Below are positions 8,553 through 18,062 of a stretch of 64,000 nt of DNA, one piece after another (within the stretch, counting starts at the first letter, position 1; each line of letters starts with the position of its first letter). The stretch spans positions 1,024,001 through 1,088,000 of the forward strand of contig OZ252100.1 in assembly GCA_965248435.1 (NCBI GenBank). The letters run 5' to 3'. Under the pieces are notes generated by a model, which ran no database searches, was not told where the DNA came from, and was given only the letters and a program-made list of their open reading frames with translations. This DNA is from Candidatus Latescibacterota bacterium. GTDB lineage: Bacteria > Latescibacterota > UBA2968 > GCA-2709665. A program made the position numbers and the translations under genes.

Positions 8553-8740
8553 GATTCTGGAGTATTGGGGATACTCCTTGTGTTTCCACTACGCGATCAC
8601 AAATGTGATTCTGGAGTTTTGCAGTACTGGAGTGTTGGAAAAACCTGTTTTCTCATCCCTCCATTACTCCATTCCCCCATTACTCCAACACTCACGCTTT
8701 TTTCTCGGTTCCCATTACTCCATTCCCCCCATTACTCCAG
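8553..8740. repeat. Octamer-period tandem repeats in inverted arrangement
   Basis: (TGGAGTnn)-type units at about 8558-8573 and 8612-8640; complementary (CCATTACT/CCATTCCC) arrays at 8661-8692 and 8712-8739. Confidence 0.75.
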
Positions 8741-8786
8741 CAATCAGGTTTTTGTTCATCATTCCTCCCCCGCAAATTCCGTTCCG

Positions 8787-8835
8787 AAAACAAACAGGGG
8801 AAGATCCCCTTTTCCGAATTGGGATCTTCCCCTGT
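8787..8835 (-). terminator. Intrinsic terminator of the hybrid kinase gene
   Basis: Perfect 15-bp inverted repeat ACAGGGGAAGATCCC (8794-8808 / 8821-8835), followed by TTGTTTT on the minus strand. Confidence 0.8.
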
Positions 8836-8912
8836 CGTTCCAAACCTCGGCAACAAGGTCTGAACAGGTCGTTCACTCAGTCAAGCAAAAGACGTTCAGA
8901 GATCACACTTCG

Positions 8913-11003
8913 CTACTCTTCGCTCTCCTCTTCTGGCAGCGCATTCCTCAAGGCCCGGGCAACCTGTTCCAGCCGCATGGGTTTTTCCAGCAGACCATCG
9001 ACCTGCTCGGATATTTCGCCCCTCATCCCGGCTCGATATCCGGTCATGACGACGATCCGGAGATCCGGATTGCGTGCCTTCAAGGCCTCGACAAGCTTCT
9101 TTCCTCCCATGCCGGGCATCACCATGTCCGTCAAGACGAGACGGATCGAATCTTCGTGCTCATCGAAAAGGCTCAGTGCCTGCAGACCGTCTCTTGCACT
9201 GAGGACCTTATAGTTCAATCCCTCGAGCATCGTCTTGAGCACGTTCAAAACATCATCTTCGTCCTCCACCACCAGTATCGTCTCACCGCTGCCGCTTAAG
9301 ATTCGACTTTCCGAGACCTCCAATGGGGCCCCCTCACCGGCGACCTCAGGCAGGTAGATCCTGAACGTCGTTCCCTTTCCCAGGTCGCTTTCCACATCGA
9401 TGTAGCCCTCGTGCTGCTTCACGATGCCGTATACCTGGGCAAGTCCCAAACCCGTGCCCTCTCCCTGGCTCTTGGTCGTGAAGAAAGGTTCAAACAGGTG
9501 ATCTTTCACATCGGGGGTCATTCCTGAACCCGTGTCACTTACGGCCAGCACGATCCAGTCCCCCGATGTAACGTTCGGGGACGTTCGCGAATGCGGCCTC
9601 ACGGACATACTTTCACCAGAACCCAGGCGGAGCCGTGAAAGCTGGATGCGCAGATCGCCACCATCCGGCATCGCATCCCGAGCGTTGACGGCCAGGTTCG
9701 TCACGACCTGCTGCAGCTGCGTCAAGTTCCCTTCTACAACGCAGTGTGTCTCGCCCAACTCAGTCGTCACGCGCATGGTCTCAGGCAGCGTACGCTCAAG
9801 CATCTTGATGGCTTCCTTCAAGAAGGACGCCAAGTCTATCGGCTGCCGCTGGGCGACCGTCTTGCGGCTGAAATCAAGAATTTGGCGTATGAGTTGTGCG
9901 GCACGATCGCCCTGAGTGACGATCGTCTTCAGGGTATCCTTTATGGACTCGGGGGTATCCTTTCGCATCTTCAACAGATCGGCGAACCCCGTTATGACCG
10001 TCAAAAGGTTGTTGAAGTCGTGTGCGATTCCGGCGGCGAGCTGCCCGACGGCGGCCAGCCGATCCCGAAGTTGGATCCTGAGCTGTGTCTCGCGTTCTCT
10101 GGTCACGTCCCGTATCACGACCAGCCACCCGACATCTTCCAGTTCGCTTCCGGTCGTGTGGCATTCGACTTCAAAGATCTTCTCGGTTGAACCTTCAAGT
10201 ACGAGCTCGTGGGCCAACCCATCTTCACGCGGCTTTAGCAACCGTTCGATTTCATGCCCACCGAGGCTTGCGATCGACTCATCTGCGCGATATTCCGCCA
10301 GTGAGGTCAAGTACGCTTCGCCCAATTTGTTCGCAAGAATAAGCTGTTTGTCCGGTCTGAGCAGGCAGACGCCGTCTGGCAAGTGTTCCACCAGACCCTT
10401 CAACAGCTCCTCGCTCTTTCGCATCGCCTCTTCTATGACCTGCCGCCCGGAAATCTCCCGCTGAAGATATTCATTGGCGTGCCTCAATTCCTTATTCCGC
10501 TCCTCCACCCGACCTTCCAGTTCATCCAGCGTATCCTGGAGGGCGCCCTCCATATGCTTCTGCTCAGTATTGTCACGCACCACTACGAACAGCTCGTTGC
10601 TGAGCAGCGGCATCAGTCTCGCCTCGAACTTCCTGCCTCCAATTGGCAGTGTCAATGGGAATTCGATCGTGGCCAGCGATTGGGTATCAAAGACCTGGGA
10701 AATCGTTTCTTCGAACATCTGCCCTATGTCGCGGGGGAGCACCTCCTGCAGTCGTCGACCCAGAAGTCCCTTGGGCGAGAGGTTCAATTCCGAGACCTTG
10801 CCCGCGTTGCAGTCAACGATTATGCCGTCTGGATCAAGCCGAAAATAGAGATCCGGAAAGGCGTGCAGAATCTCCGTATGCTCGGCGATGACTCTGAACG
10901 CCCAGTCCCTCTCGACCTCGGCCGTCTCCAGGTCTGCGATCCGCCGACGAAGCTCTGCTAGTTTACTCACGAGCTGGTCCCTGGTCTTCTCTTCATCATT
11001 CAT
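8913..11003 (-). CDS. PAS-domain hybrid histidine kinase/response regulator (CckA-like)
   Basis: Two PAS domains; H-box GIAHDFNNLL; NARDAM, DTGSGM, FEPFFTTK, GTGLGL; REC domain (VVEDE, TDMVMPGMGG, KP). Confidence 0.95.
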   Translation of the reverse strand: MNDEEKTRDQLVSKLAELRRRIADLETAEVERDWAFRVIAEHTEILHAFPDLYFRLDPDGIIVDCNAGKVSELNLSPKGLLGRRLQEVLPRDIGQMFEETISQVFDTQSLATIEFPLTLPIGGRKFEARLMPLLSNELFVVVRDNTEQKHMEGALQDTLDELEGRVEERNKELRHANEYLQREISGRQVIEEAMRKSEELLKGLVEHLPDGVCLLRPDKQLILANKLGEAYLTSLAEYRADESIASLGGHEIERLLKPREDGLAHELVLEGSTEKIFEVECHTTGSELEDVGWLVVIRDVTRERETQLRIQLRDRLAAVGQLAAGIAHDFNNLLTVITGFADLLKMRKDTPESIKDTLKTIVTQGDRAAQLIRQILDFSRKTVAQRQPIDLASFLKEAIKMLERTLPETMRVTTELGETHCVVEGNLTQLQQVVTNLAVNARDAMPDGGDLRIQLSRLRLGSGESMSVRPHSRTSPNVTSGDWIVLAVSDTGSGMTPDVKDHLFEPFFTTKSQGEGTGLGLAQVYGIVKQHEGYIDVESDLGKGTTFRIYLPEVAGEGAPLEVSESRILSGSGETILVVEDEDDVLNVLKTMLEGLNYKVLSARDGLQALSLFDEHEDSIRLVLTDMVMPGMGGKKLVEALKARNPDLRIVVMTGYRAGMRGEISEQVDGLLEKPMRLEQVARALRNALPEEESEE

Positions 11004-11070
11004 GATTCGAATCCCCGGTCACTTCTCGAATGAGATTCCCCCGAATAGGGATTCCGGCTTATCGTTTTAC

Positions 11071-11099
11071 AATTTAAGTGTGAATAACCGGATTGTCAA
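11071..11099 (-). promoter_or_regulatory. Sigma70-type promoter
   Basis: TTGACA-17 nt-TAAATT. Confidence 0.65.
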
Positions 11100-11102
11100 T
11101 TT

Positions 11103-12611
11103 CTACTCATGTTCGGACGACTCCGCAAAGGGTTCAGCCGGTTTTTTCGTCTGTTTGGGAAGCGAAGCCGTGAAGGTCGTCCCATCTTCTTCGCTGGAAG
11201 TCACCCCGATCCGGCCCCCGTGTGCCTCTATGAACAACCTCGCGATCGTCGTGCCCAAGCCCGTGCCCTTCTTGTCTCGCTTTGTCGTGTTGAACTTTTC
11301 GAAAATCGTCTTCAGGCGATCCTCCGATATCGGCGGACCCCAGTTGTGTACGCCCACTGAAACCATCTTACCCTCATCCAATACACGCACGGTGACCTCA
11401 CCCGGGTCGTGCTCCAGGGCGTTCTTGACCAGGTTGGAGACCACCCTGTGGATCTTCTGGATATCGTACTTGCAGTAAAGCGCGGATGTAGCTTCAGCCG
11501 TCTCGTGAGGGATCAGCTTGACCCGACCCTCGCTGCGCTCCACATCCTGACTCAATTCGGCCTCCTGAATCGCCTCTTTCAGCGTTTCGTAGAGGTCGTG
11601 TTTCAAGGGCTGCAAAGGAATCTGGCCGCGCTCATAATCCTGTACCTCACGGGTCAGGTTCAGCAGGTTTTCCAGGCGTTTTCCCCCTCGCCAGATGGCA
11701 TCGAGATACTTTTGGACCTTCTCATCCGTCACGACGTCCTGGAAGTCCTGGAGAATGGGGGTGAGCGGCGCCCTCAGTTCGTGGCGAATAAAGGAATCCC
11801 AATCGTTGCGCAGTTCCTTCATCCTGGCCTCCAGGGCCTTTCGCGCAGATATGTCCAGAACGGACTCGATGAAGATCTGGTCCTCTCCCCTCGGGACGAC
11901 TCGAAGTTGAATTTCCACTGGAATCTCCGACCCGTCTTTTCCGTGCACCTGCATCTCGTAACCGGTCAGCTCCCCCCGATCCTGCTTCCTTCTTTCTTGA
12001 TCCACGACCTCCCACGATTCGGAATGCACCGAATCATACTCTAAGCTCATCAACTCACCGAGCGAGAAGCCGGTCAACTCGCTGGCCCGTTGATTCGCCT
12101 GGTAGATCTGACCTGATTCAGGATCCCCGATAAAGATCGCATCTGCGATGCTCTCGAACAGTCCCCGATACTGCTGCTCCAGGACCTTGATTTCGCGCAG
12201 ATCCCGAAGGCGGACCATGAAGCTCTTCGGATCCTGCCCTTGAATCAGCCTCATACCCAGCATCATCGGAATGTCTCTTCCCTCCCGGGGGATCACATCC
12301 ACTTCGACTTCTGGCATATGTGTCCCCTCCAGGACACCCCTCAGCAACATCTCGAACTCAGAGCGACTCTCGGCAGAGAGCTGGTCGTGGATCAGTCTCC
12401 CTTCCAGATCTCCCTGACTATGGCCGAGCACATCTTTGCATCTCGAATTGGCAATGAGGATCTTTCCATCCCGATTGATCGTCATCAGGAGATCCGGGGT
12501 CGAATCGAAGAGGTACTGATAGAAGCTTTCCGACCCTTCGAGAGATGCGGGCTTGGAATCCAAGAGGACCTCGTTGCTTAAACTCGAATCGGATTTACGC
12601 GTATTACTCAC
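11103..12611 (-). CDS. PAS-PAS sensor histidine kinase
   Basis: H-box RHELRAPL; NLVKNALEH, GTGLG; GTG start at 12611 overlaps the LOG stop (GTGA). Confidence 0.9.
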   Translation of the reverse strand: MSNTRKSDSSLSNEVLLDSKPASLEGSESFYQYLFDSTPDLLMTINRDGKILIANSRCKDVLGHSQGDLEGRLIHDQLSAESRSEFEMLLRGVLEGTHMPEVEVDVIPREGRDIPMMLGMRLIQGQDPKSFMVRLRDLREIKVLEQQYRGLFESIADAIFIGDPESGQIYQANQRASELTGFSLGELMSLEYDSVHSESWEVVDQERRKQDRGELTGYEMQVHGKDGSEIPVEIQLRVVPRGEDQIFIESVLDISARKALEARMKELRNDWDSFIRHELRAPLTPILQDFQDVVTDEKVQKYLDAIWRGGKRLENLLNLTREVQDYERGQIPLQPLKHDLYETLKEAIQEAELSQDVERSEGRVKLIPHETAEATSALYCKYDIQKIHRVVSNLVKNALEHDPGEVTVRVLDEGKMVSVGVHNWGPPISEDRLKTIFEKFNTTKRDKKGTGLGTTIARLFIEAHGGRIGVTSSEEDGTTFTASLPKQTKKPAEPFAESSEHE

Positions 12612-13426
12612 TTCAGATAGTGTCGTTCCATCTCCTCTTTGAGGTAGTTGAACGCCTCCAGAGGAGAATCGACGACTTGAAAGAGATCCAGATCTTCGGG
12701 GCTGATCGTGCCCCATTTTACCATGGCATCGAAGTTGATCACTTCTCGCCAATAGTCTCGCCCGTAGACGACAATCGGGATGGGTCTGGGTATTTTTTGG
12801 GTTTGAAGCAGAGTAAGCACCTCCATCAACTCATCGCACGTACCCACACCCCCGGGAAAGATCGCCATACCTTTGGCCATGTAGACAAACCAGTACTTTC
12901 GCATGAAGAAATAATGAAATTCGAAATTCAACCTCTCTGAGATGTAAGGATTGGGAACTTGCTCGAACGGGAGGCTGATGTTCAATCCGATCGAATCGCC
13001 GCCCGCCGCCGCAGCTCCGCGATTTGCGGCCTCCATAATCCCCGGCCCGCCTCCAGAGCAGACCACGAAACGGCGCCCTCCCTTCAATCCGAGAGACCAC
13101 TCCGTGAGAAGACGCGCAAGCTCGGCGGCTTCATCATAGTACCGCGACATCTCAAGCGCTGCCTGTGCTGCATCCAGGTCTCGCGATGGCGCCTGGCTCG
13201 GGTCCTGGCGTTGCTTCTGAACCTCGATTTGCCGCTTTGCCTCTTCGCGAGGAAAGACGCGAGCCGACCCGAAGAAGACCACCGTGTCGCGAACCTTTTC
13301 CTGCCTGAATCGCCGAAGCGGCTCCAGGTATTCTGCCAGAATTCGGATGGTTCGGCCATCCCGGCTGCTCAAGAATCTCGGATTCCTGTAAGCTTTCTCA
13401 CCCATAAAAGGTTCTTGGGACACCAC
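12608..13426 (-). CDS. LOG family (TIGR00730-like) phosphoribohydrolase
   Basis: FGSAR, SGGGPGIMEAANRGA, FHYFFMRK, PGGVGTCDEL. Confidence 0.92.
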   Translation of the reverse strand: MVSQEPFMGEKAYRNPRFLSSRDGRTIRILAEYLEPLRRFRQEKVRDTVVFFGSARVFPREEAKRQIEVQKQRQDPSQAPSRDLDAAQAALEMSRYYDEAAELARLLTEWSLGLKGGRRFVVCSGGGPGIMEAANRGAAAAGGDSIGLNISLPFEQVPNPYISERLNFEFHYFFMRKYWFVYMAKGMAIFPGGVGTCDELMEVLTLLQTQKIPRPIPIVVYGRDYWREVINFDAMVKWGTISPEDLDLFQVVDSPLEAFNYLKEEMERHYLK

Positions 13427-13459
13427 CTGTCTCTTTCTAACATTTTGAAAATAAAAACG

Positions 13460-13509
13460 TTGACGGTAAAAACAGGCCGCAGTATAAAATCAATCCGAAT
13501 CGAAGTCAA
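13460..13509. promoter_or_regulatory. Overlapping divergent sigma70 promoters
   Basis: + TTGACG(13460)-17-TATAAA(13483); - TTGACT(13509)-17-TATACT(13486). Confidence 0.6.
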
Positions 13510-13702
13510 CCCCTTTCTGGGATTCAGGCGCACTCATGAAAAAGCCTTGATTTTGACGTTTACCTATGCTAGTATCACGGCATATCCTATTTACCTCCCG
13601 ACGCGCGCCGAGATCACAACAGAAAAGGGGTCACCGTGGTCTTCCCCCTGCCCATCGATCTTTCCAGAACGATTCTCGCTCAAGGTCAAAGCTGAACACA
13701 TC

Positions 13703-14797
13703 ATGGGCGCTCTCCTCACCGCCTGGATGGTCCTTGGCGCCCTTTACTACCTCCTCATCCTGGCCTTCTGGGTCGGGCTCCATCGCCTGAAGGCAGGATC
13801 GAGTACCGAGAAACCATCCATCACGGTCGTCATCGCCGCTCGCAACGAATCAGAAACCATCGATGCCTGCCTTTCCGCCCTCGCAGCCCAGGACTACCCC
13901 GCCGACCGGATGGAGGTCGTGGTCGTCGACGACAGATCCTCCGATGACACGGTCGCACGCGCCTGTCGCTGGGTAGGCCGCCTCCCGAGTCTTCGGGTCC
14001 TCAGTGTCGCTCGGGCGCATCACCTCTGTCCAAAGAAGAACGCCCTCGACGTCGGGATTCGTGCTGGAACAGGCGAACTGATCCTGACGACCGATGCGGA
14101 CTGTCGCCCCCCACCCGGTTGGATCGATGCGACGGCCAGTGCCTTTGAACCCGATGTCGGGATGGTCCTCGGACACGCGCCGCTCGTCCCGAAATCCGGC
14201 GTCATCCAGGCCCTGCTGGCCCTGCAGGCACTCGTTGTTTCGGCTCTGGGGGCTGGCAGCGCGGGTGTTGGATTCCCGCTGACCTGCTCGGGCCGTAACC
14301 TGGGCTACCGCCGTAGCGCATTCTATCAAGCAGGAGGCTTTGAAGAGATCGGAGATGTTCCTGGCGGTGACGACGTCCTGTTGATGCGCAAGATCGCCTC
14401 CAGGACGGCCTGGAAGGTTCGCTTCAACGCATCTCCCGGTGTTCCCTCCAGCCCTCATGCAGATCGACTGCTTCGCCGACAGCTCCGCTACCAGTCCAAG
14501 TCCCTGCATTACGGCGTTCCAGCCTTGCTTATGGCCCTACCTGTCTATATATTCCACGTGGCCCTGGCATTCGGCCCATTTTTTGTCGTTCGTTTTCCTG
14601 AATTCTGGGCTGTGCTGGGAAGTTTGGTTGTCGGCAAGGTGCTCGCCGACGGCCTCCTCCTTTGGACAGCGGCTTCCCGGTTTAAGTCTCGGCGATCGAT
14701 GGTCTGGTTTCCCGTGCTGGAGTTCATTTCCGTCCCTTACATCGTCTTCTTTTCTGGACTCGGAGCCCTTAGAACCTCCAGGTGGGAGTCATCCTGA
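13703..14797 (+). CDS. Family 2 glycosyltransferase, membrane
   Basis: VIAARNE, VDDRSSD, TDADC, GDD; N- and C-terminal TMs; start taken at MGALL. Confidence 0.9.
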   Translation: MGALLTAWMVLGALYYLLILAFWVGLHRLKAGSSTEKPSITVVIAARNESETIDACLSALAAQDYPADRMEVVVVDDRSSDDTVARACRWVGRLPSLRVLSVARAHHLCPKKNALDVGIRAGTGELILTTDADCRPPPGWIDATASAFEPDVGMVLGHAPLVPKSGVIQALLALQALVVSALGAGSAGVGFPLTCSGRNLGYRRSAFYQAGGFEEIGDVPGGDDVLLMRKIASRTAWKVRFNASPGVPSSPHADRLLRRQLRYQSKSLHYGVPALLMALPVYIFHVALAFGPFFVVRFPEFWAVLGSLVVGKVLADGLLLWTAASRFKSRRSMVWFPVLEFISVPYIVFFSGLGALRTSRWESS

Positions 14798-15855
14798 TGC
14801 TTTCGATGAAGCTGCTTCCTAAGACTTTCCTGAGATACCACCGCACGCTCACCGCGCGCCGCATCTGGAACGCGGCCAAGGTCGTTACCTCCTTCGGCCT
14901 CTCCCGCCTGTTCAAACGTGACGTTCGTTTGGGCAGGCCGTTTGTCTTGATGGTGGAACCGACCAACTTATGCAACCTGAAATGTCCGCTCTGCCCATCC
15001 GGCAACGGACAGCTTACTCGGGATCGTGGAACCATGGCCTTCGACGCGTTCTGCCAGGTCTTCGACGGGCTTGCCGACGACCTCATCCTGCTGATGCTCT
15101 GGAACCAGGGTGAACCGTTCATCAACAAGCGTTTGACCGACATGATTCGCGTCGCAAAATCCCGCAACGTGCCAACGATTACGAGCACCAATGTCCACTA
15201 TATCCGCAGCGCTGAGGATGCCGAAGACATCGTGGATTCGGGGCTTGATGAAATCATCGTCTCGCTGGACGGAGTTTCCCCTGAATCATACGTGCAGTAC
15301 CGTGTGGGTGGCAATTTCGATCGCGTGATGGACGGCATTCGGCTGCTTTCCAGCGCCAAGAGGAAGCTGAAGGCGGATCACCCGGTGATTCATTTGCAGT
15401 TCATCATCATGAAACACAACGAAACAGAGATCGAGGATGCGCGTGAGCTGGCCAGGGACCTCGGCGTCGATCGGCTCTCACTGAAAACGGTCCAGGTCTA
15501 CACCGATGAAGAAGCAGAGACCTACCTGCCGTCGAACGAAGACCACAGTCGTTATCTTTATGATCTCCCGTCGCTCACAACGAAGGGTAAGATCACCAAC
15601 TCGTGCCGGCACCTCTGGTACAGCACAGTCGTGAACTGGGATGGCGCGGTGTCACCCTGCTGCTTCGACAAGGACGTGCACTACGGACTGGGAAATACCC
15701 TCAACGGGCAGACCTTCGATCAAGTATGGTCTGGGGAAAGCTATACCCGATTCAGAAATGCGATTCTGAAAGACCGGGCCTCGGTCCCGATCTGTAATAA
15801 CTGTTCTGAGGGAATAAAGGGCCTCTTCTACGACATCGAGCACGTCCCACACTGA
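14797..15855 (+). CDS. Radical SAM protein with SPASM/twitch domain
   Basis: CNLKCPLC; C-terminal C..VNWDGAVSPCCFD..CNNC; ATG overlaps the upstream TGA. Confidence 0.92.
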   Translation: MLSMKLLPKTFLRYHRTLTARRIWNAAKVVTSFGLSRLFKRDVRLGRPFVLMVEPTNLCNLKCPLCPSGNGQLTRDRGTMAFDAFCQVFDGLADDLILLMLWNQGEPFINKRLTDMIRVAKSRNVPTITSTNVHYIRSAEDAEDIVDSGLDEIIVSLDGVSPESYVQYRVGGNFDRVMDGIRLLSSAKRKLKADHPVIHLQFIIMKHNETEIEDARELARDLGVDRLSLKTVQVYTDEEAETYLPSNEDHSRYLYDLPSLTTKGKITNSCRHLWYSTVVNWDGAVSPCCFDKDVHYGLGNTLNGQTFDQVWSGESYTRFRNAILKDRASVPICNNCSEGIKGLFYDIEHVPH

Positions 15856-15885
15856 AAGGAATCGTGCATCTCCCTACTCGACCCC

Positions 15886-17049
15886 ATGGACATGGGTTCC
15901 TGGATACTGCTTTCGGCGACGGGCGTCTACGTCGTCGCTGTCCTGGCCTTTGCCTGGGGATGCAGACGCGTCCCTCCCGGCAAACCCGTAGAAACGGTTC
16001 CGTTCGTCTCCGTCGTCATCGCCGCCCGCAACGAGGAAGCGTACATCGAACGCTGCCTCGAAGGACTGCTGCAGCAGACCTATCCTTCAGACCGGTTTGA
16101 AGTCCTGGTGGTGGATGATGGCTCCGAGGACCGCACTCGGGATGTGGTTGACCGGATCGCGGCCCGAAACGCCCGTGTCCGATGCCTGACTGTTGGGGCG
16201 CGCGAGCCCGCCCTGGCCGCCAAGAAACGTCCTCTTTCGGTAGGCATAAGAGAGGCCCGCGGCGAGATCATCCTGACGACAGACGCGGATTGTCGCGTTC
16301 AGCCCGAGTGGATCATCCGGATGGTGGCATGCTTCATGCCCGATGTCGGGGCGGTCATCGGGTTTTCGCAGGTGAAGGAACCCGGCCAGGTTTCCACCCT
16401 CCTGGAGCGATACCAGGCATTCGACTTCCTGGTCCTGATGTCCGCCGCTGCGGGCGCAGCCAACCTCGGTTACCCGCTCGCCGCCACAGGACAGAATCTG
16501 GCCTATCGGAAATCCTTCTTCGAAAGCGTCGGAGGGTTTCACGAAATCAGGAACCGGCCGTCCGGAGATGACATCCTGCTTCTCCAGCAGATGCGGAAGG
16601 CGGGTGATCTGAGGATCGTTTTCGCGAATCACCCCGGAACCTTCGTAAGCACCTGGCGGACAGAATCCTTGGGGGGATACATCCAGCAACGCCGGCGATG
16701 GGCATCCAACGCCCTCTTTCAGGTCAAACTCAACCCTCCCTTCTTCGCCTACATCGCCGATGTCTTTTTAGTAAACTTGATGATCCCGATAGGCGTTGTC
16801 TTCGGTACCCCGGGAGGTGGGCGTCTCGTTCCGTTTACGTGTTGGTTCGCGAAGGCCTGCGCCGATCTTGTCCTTGCGTGGAGGGGTGCCCGAAGGTTCG
16901 GCCGCCTCGACCTCCTCGGCGCTTTCCCCTTGTGGGAGCTGCTCCAGCCGCTCTACATCGCTGCGATGGGTGTACTGGGGAGCCTTTCCGGTTTCTCTTG
17001 GAAGGGAAGGCAGTATCGCCGGGTGGGGAAGATGATCCCTTCCTCCTGA
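15886..17049 (+). CDS. Family 2 glycosyltransferase, membrane
   Basis: VIAARNEE, DDGSED, TDADC, GDD, QRRRW. Confidence 0.92.
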   Translation: MDMGSWILLSATGVYVVAVLAFAWGCRRVPPGKPVETVPFVSVVIAARNEEAYIERCLEGLLQQTYPSDRFEVLVVDDGSEDRTRDVVDRIAARNARVRCLTVGAREPALAAKKRPLSVGIREARGEIILTTDADCRVQPEWIIRMVACFMPDVGAVIGFSQVKEPGQVSTLLERYQAFDFLVLMSAAAGAANLGYPLAATGQNLAYRKSFFESVGGFHEIRNRPSGDDILLLQQMRKAGDLRIVFANHPGTFVSTWRTESLGGYIQQRRRWASNALFQVKLNPPFFAYIADVFLVNLMIPIGVVFGTPGGGRLVPFTCWFAKACADLVLAWRGARRFGRLDLLGAFPLWELLQPLYIAAMGVLGSLSGFSWKGRQYRRVGKMIPSS

Positions 17050-17089
17050 AAGGGTCCTTTGACGCGACGCTTCATCCAAAAGGTGATCC

Positions 17090-18052
17090 ATGGCACAGTG
17101 TAATTACACAGGACCAAGCGGCAGCCGTTGTGAGGAACCGGCCCTCGAGCAGAAGCCTTCCTGTTTCTGGCACGACAGAGATGCGGAAAAGGGCGGACAG
17201 GACATTAAAGCCAGGCTCGAAGAACGGGCGAAGAACCATCAGTCGATGGAAGGGTTTCAGCTCGGCCACGCAGACCTGGAGGACGCGTATCTGGTGGAGG
17301 CCGATCTTTCACACGCGAACCTCACACGAGCGAATCTCAAGGATGGTCATCTTTACGGAATCAACCTCAAGGGGGCTCGGCTCTTCAAGACCGATCTCGA
17401 GGACGCCAACTTGAAAGAGTCGGTCCTGGAAGGCGTGGATCTCTTGGGGGCCAACCTCGACGGAACCGATCTTCAGCGGGCCTCGTGGGGGAAGGACATC
17501 ACGCTCCGTAATCATCACGAGGCCGAGGTCTTGAAAGCGGACGGGGATAGGAAGGGGGCAGAAGCAAAATATCTGGAAGCGGAGGAGATATACAGGCTGA
17601 TCCGACAACGCTACGAGGCCTCTGGTGCCATCGATTTGGCAGGGGAGTTCTTCTACTGTGAGATGGTCGCCAAGCGCAAGCAGATGCCGATTATTTCCAT
17701 CGACCGTTTTTGGTCCAAGATGGTGGACCTCCTCTGCGGCTACGGCGAGGACCCGTTTCGCGTAGTTAATAGTATGATCATCTACATGGCTGTCAACGCC
17801 TGGATCTTCTGCATACTCGGGATGGGATCCGGAGGAGAGACGTTGGCATTCCATCTGAATGAAACGCTCGGACAGGACCTCTGGCTATTCGGAAAAGCCC
17901 TTTACTTCAGCATCGTTACCTTCACGACTCTGGGATACGGTGATATCTCCCCCATCGGATGGTCACGACCCATTGCGGCCATCGAGGCCCTCGCCGGGGT
18001 TTTCATGAACGCCCTCTTCCTGCTGACCTTTGTCAGGAAGTTGACCCGGTAG
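17090..18052 (+). CDS. Pentapeptide-repeat potassium channel family protein
   Basis: A(D/N)Lxx repeats; pore motif TFTTLGYGD; N-terminal C-C-C-H cluster. Confidence 0.9.
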   Translation: MAQCNYTGPSGSRCEEPALEQKPSCFWHDRDAEKGGQDIKARLEERAKNHQSMEGFQLGHADLEDAYLVEADLSHANLTRANLKDGHLYGINLKGARLFKTDLEDANLKESVLEGVDLLGANLDGTDLQRASWGKDITLRNHHEAEVLKADGDRKGAEAKYLEAEEIYRLIRQRYEASGAIDLAGEFFYCEMVAKRKQMPIISIDRFWSKMVDLLCGYGEDPFRVVNSMIIYMAVNAWIFCILGMGSGGETLAFHLNETLGQDLWLFGKALYFSIVTFTTLGYGDISPIGWSRPIAAIEALAGVFMNALFLLTFVRKLTR

Positions 18053-18062
18053 CCACGCCCCT

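Noticed and set aside
8553-8740. CRISPR array
   Set aside because: Only two longer repeat copies, with an internal 8-nt period and no cas genes
8437-9299. 258-aa and 272-aa + strand ORFs
   Set aside because: Translations of the octamer repeats and antisense to the kinase gene
12959-13702. N-terminal extension of the first GT2 given by the ORF track
   Set aside because: Overlaps LOG antisense and the promoter region; the paralogue supports a start at 13703
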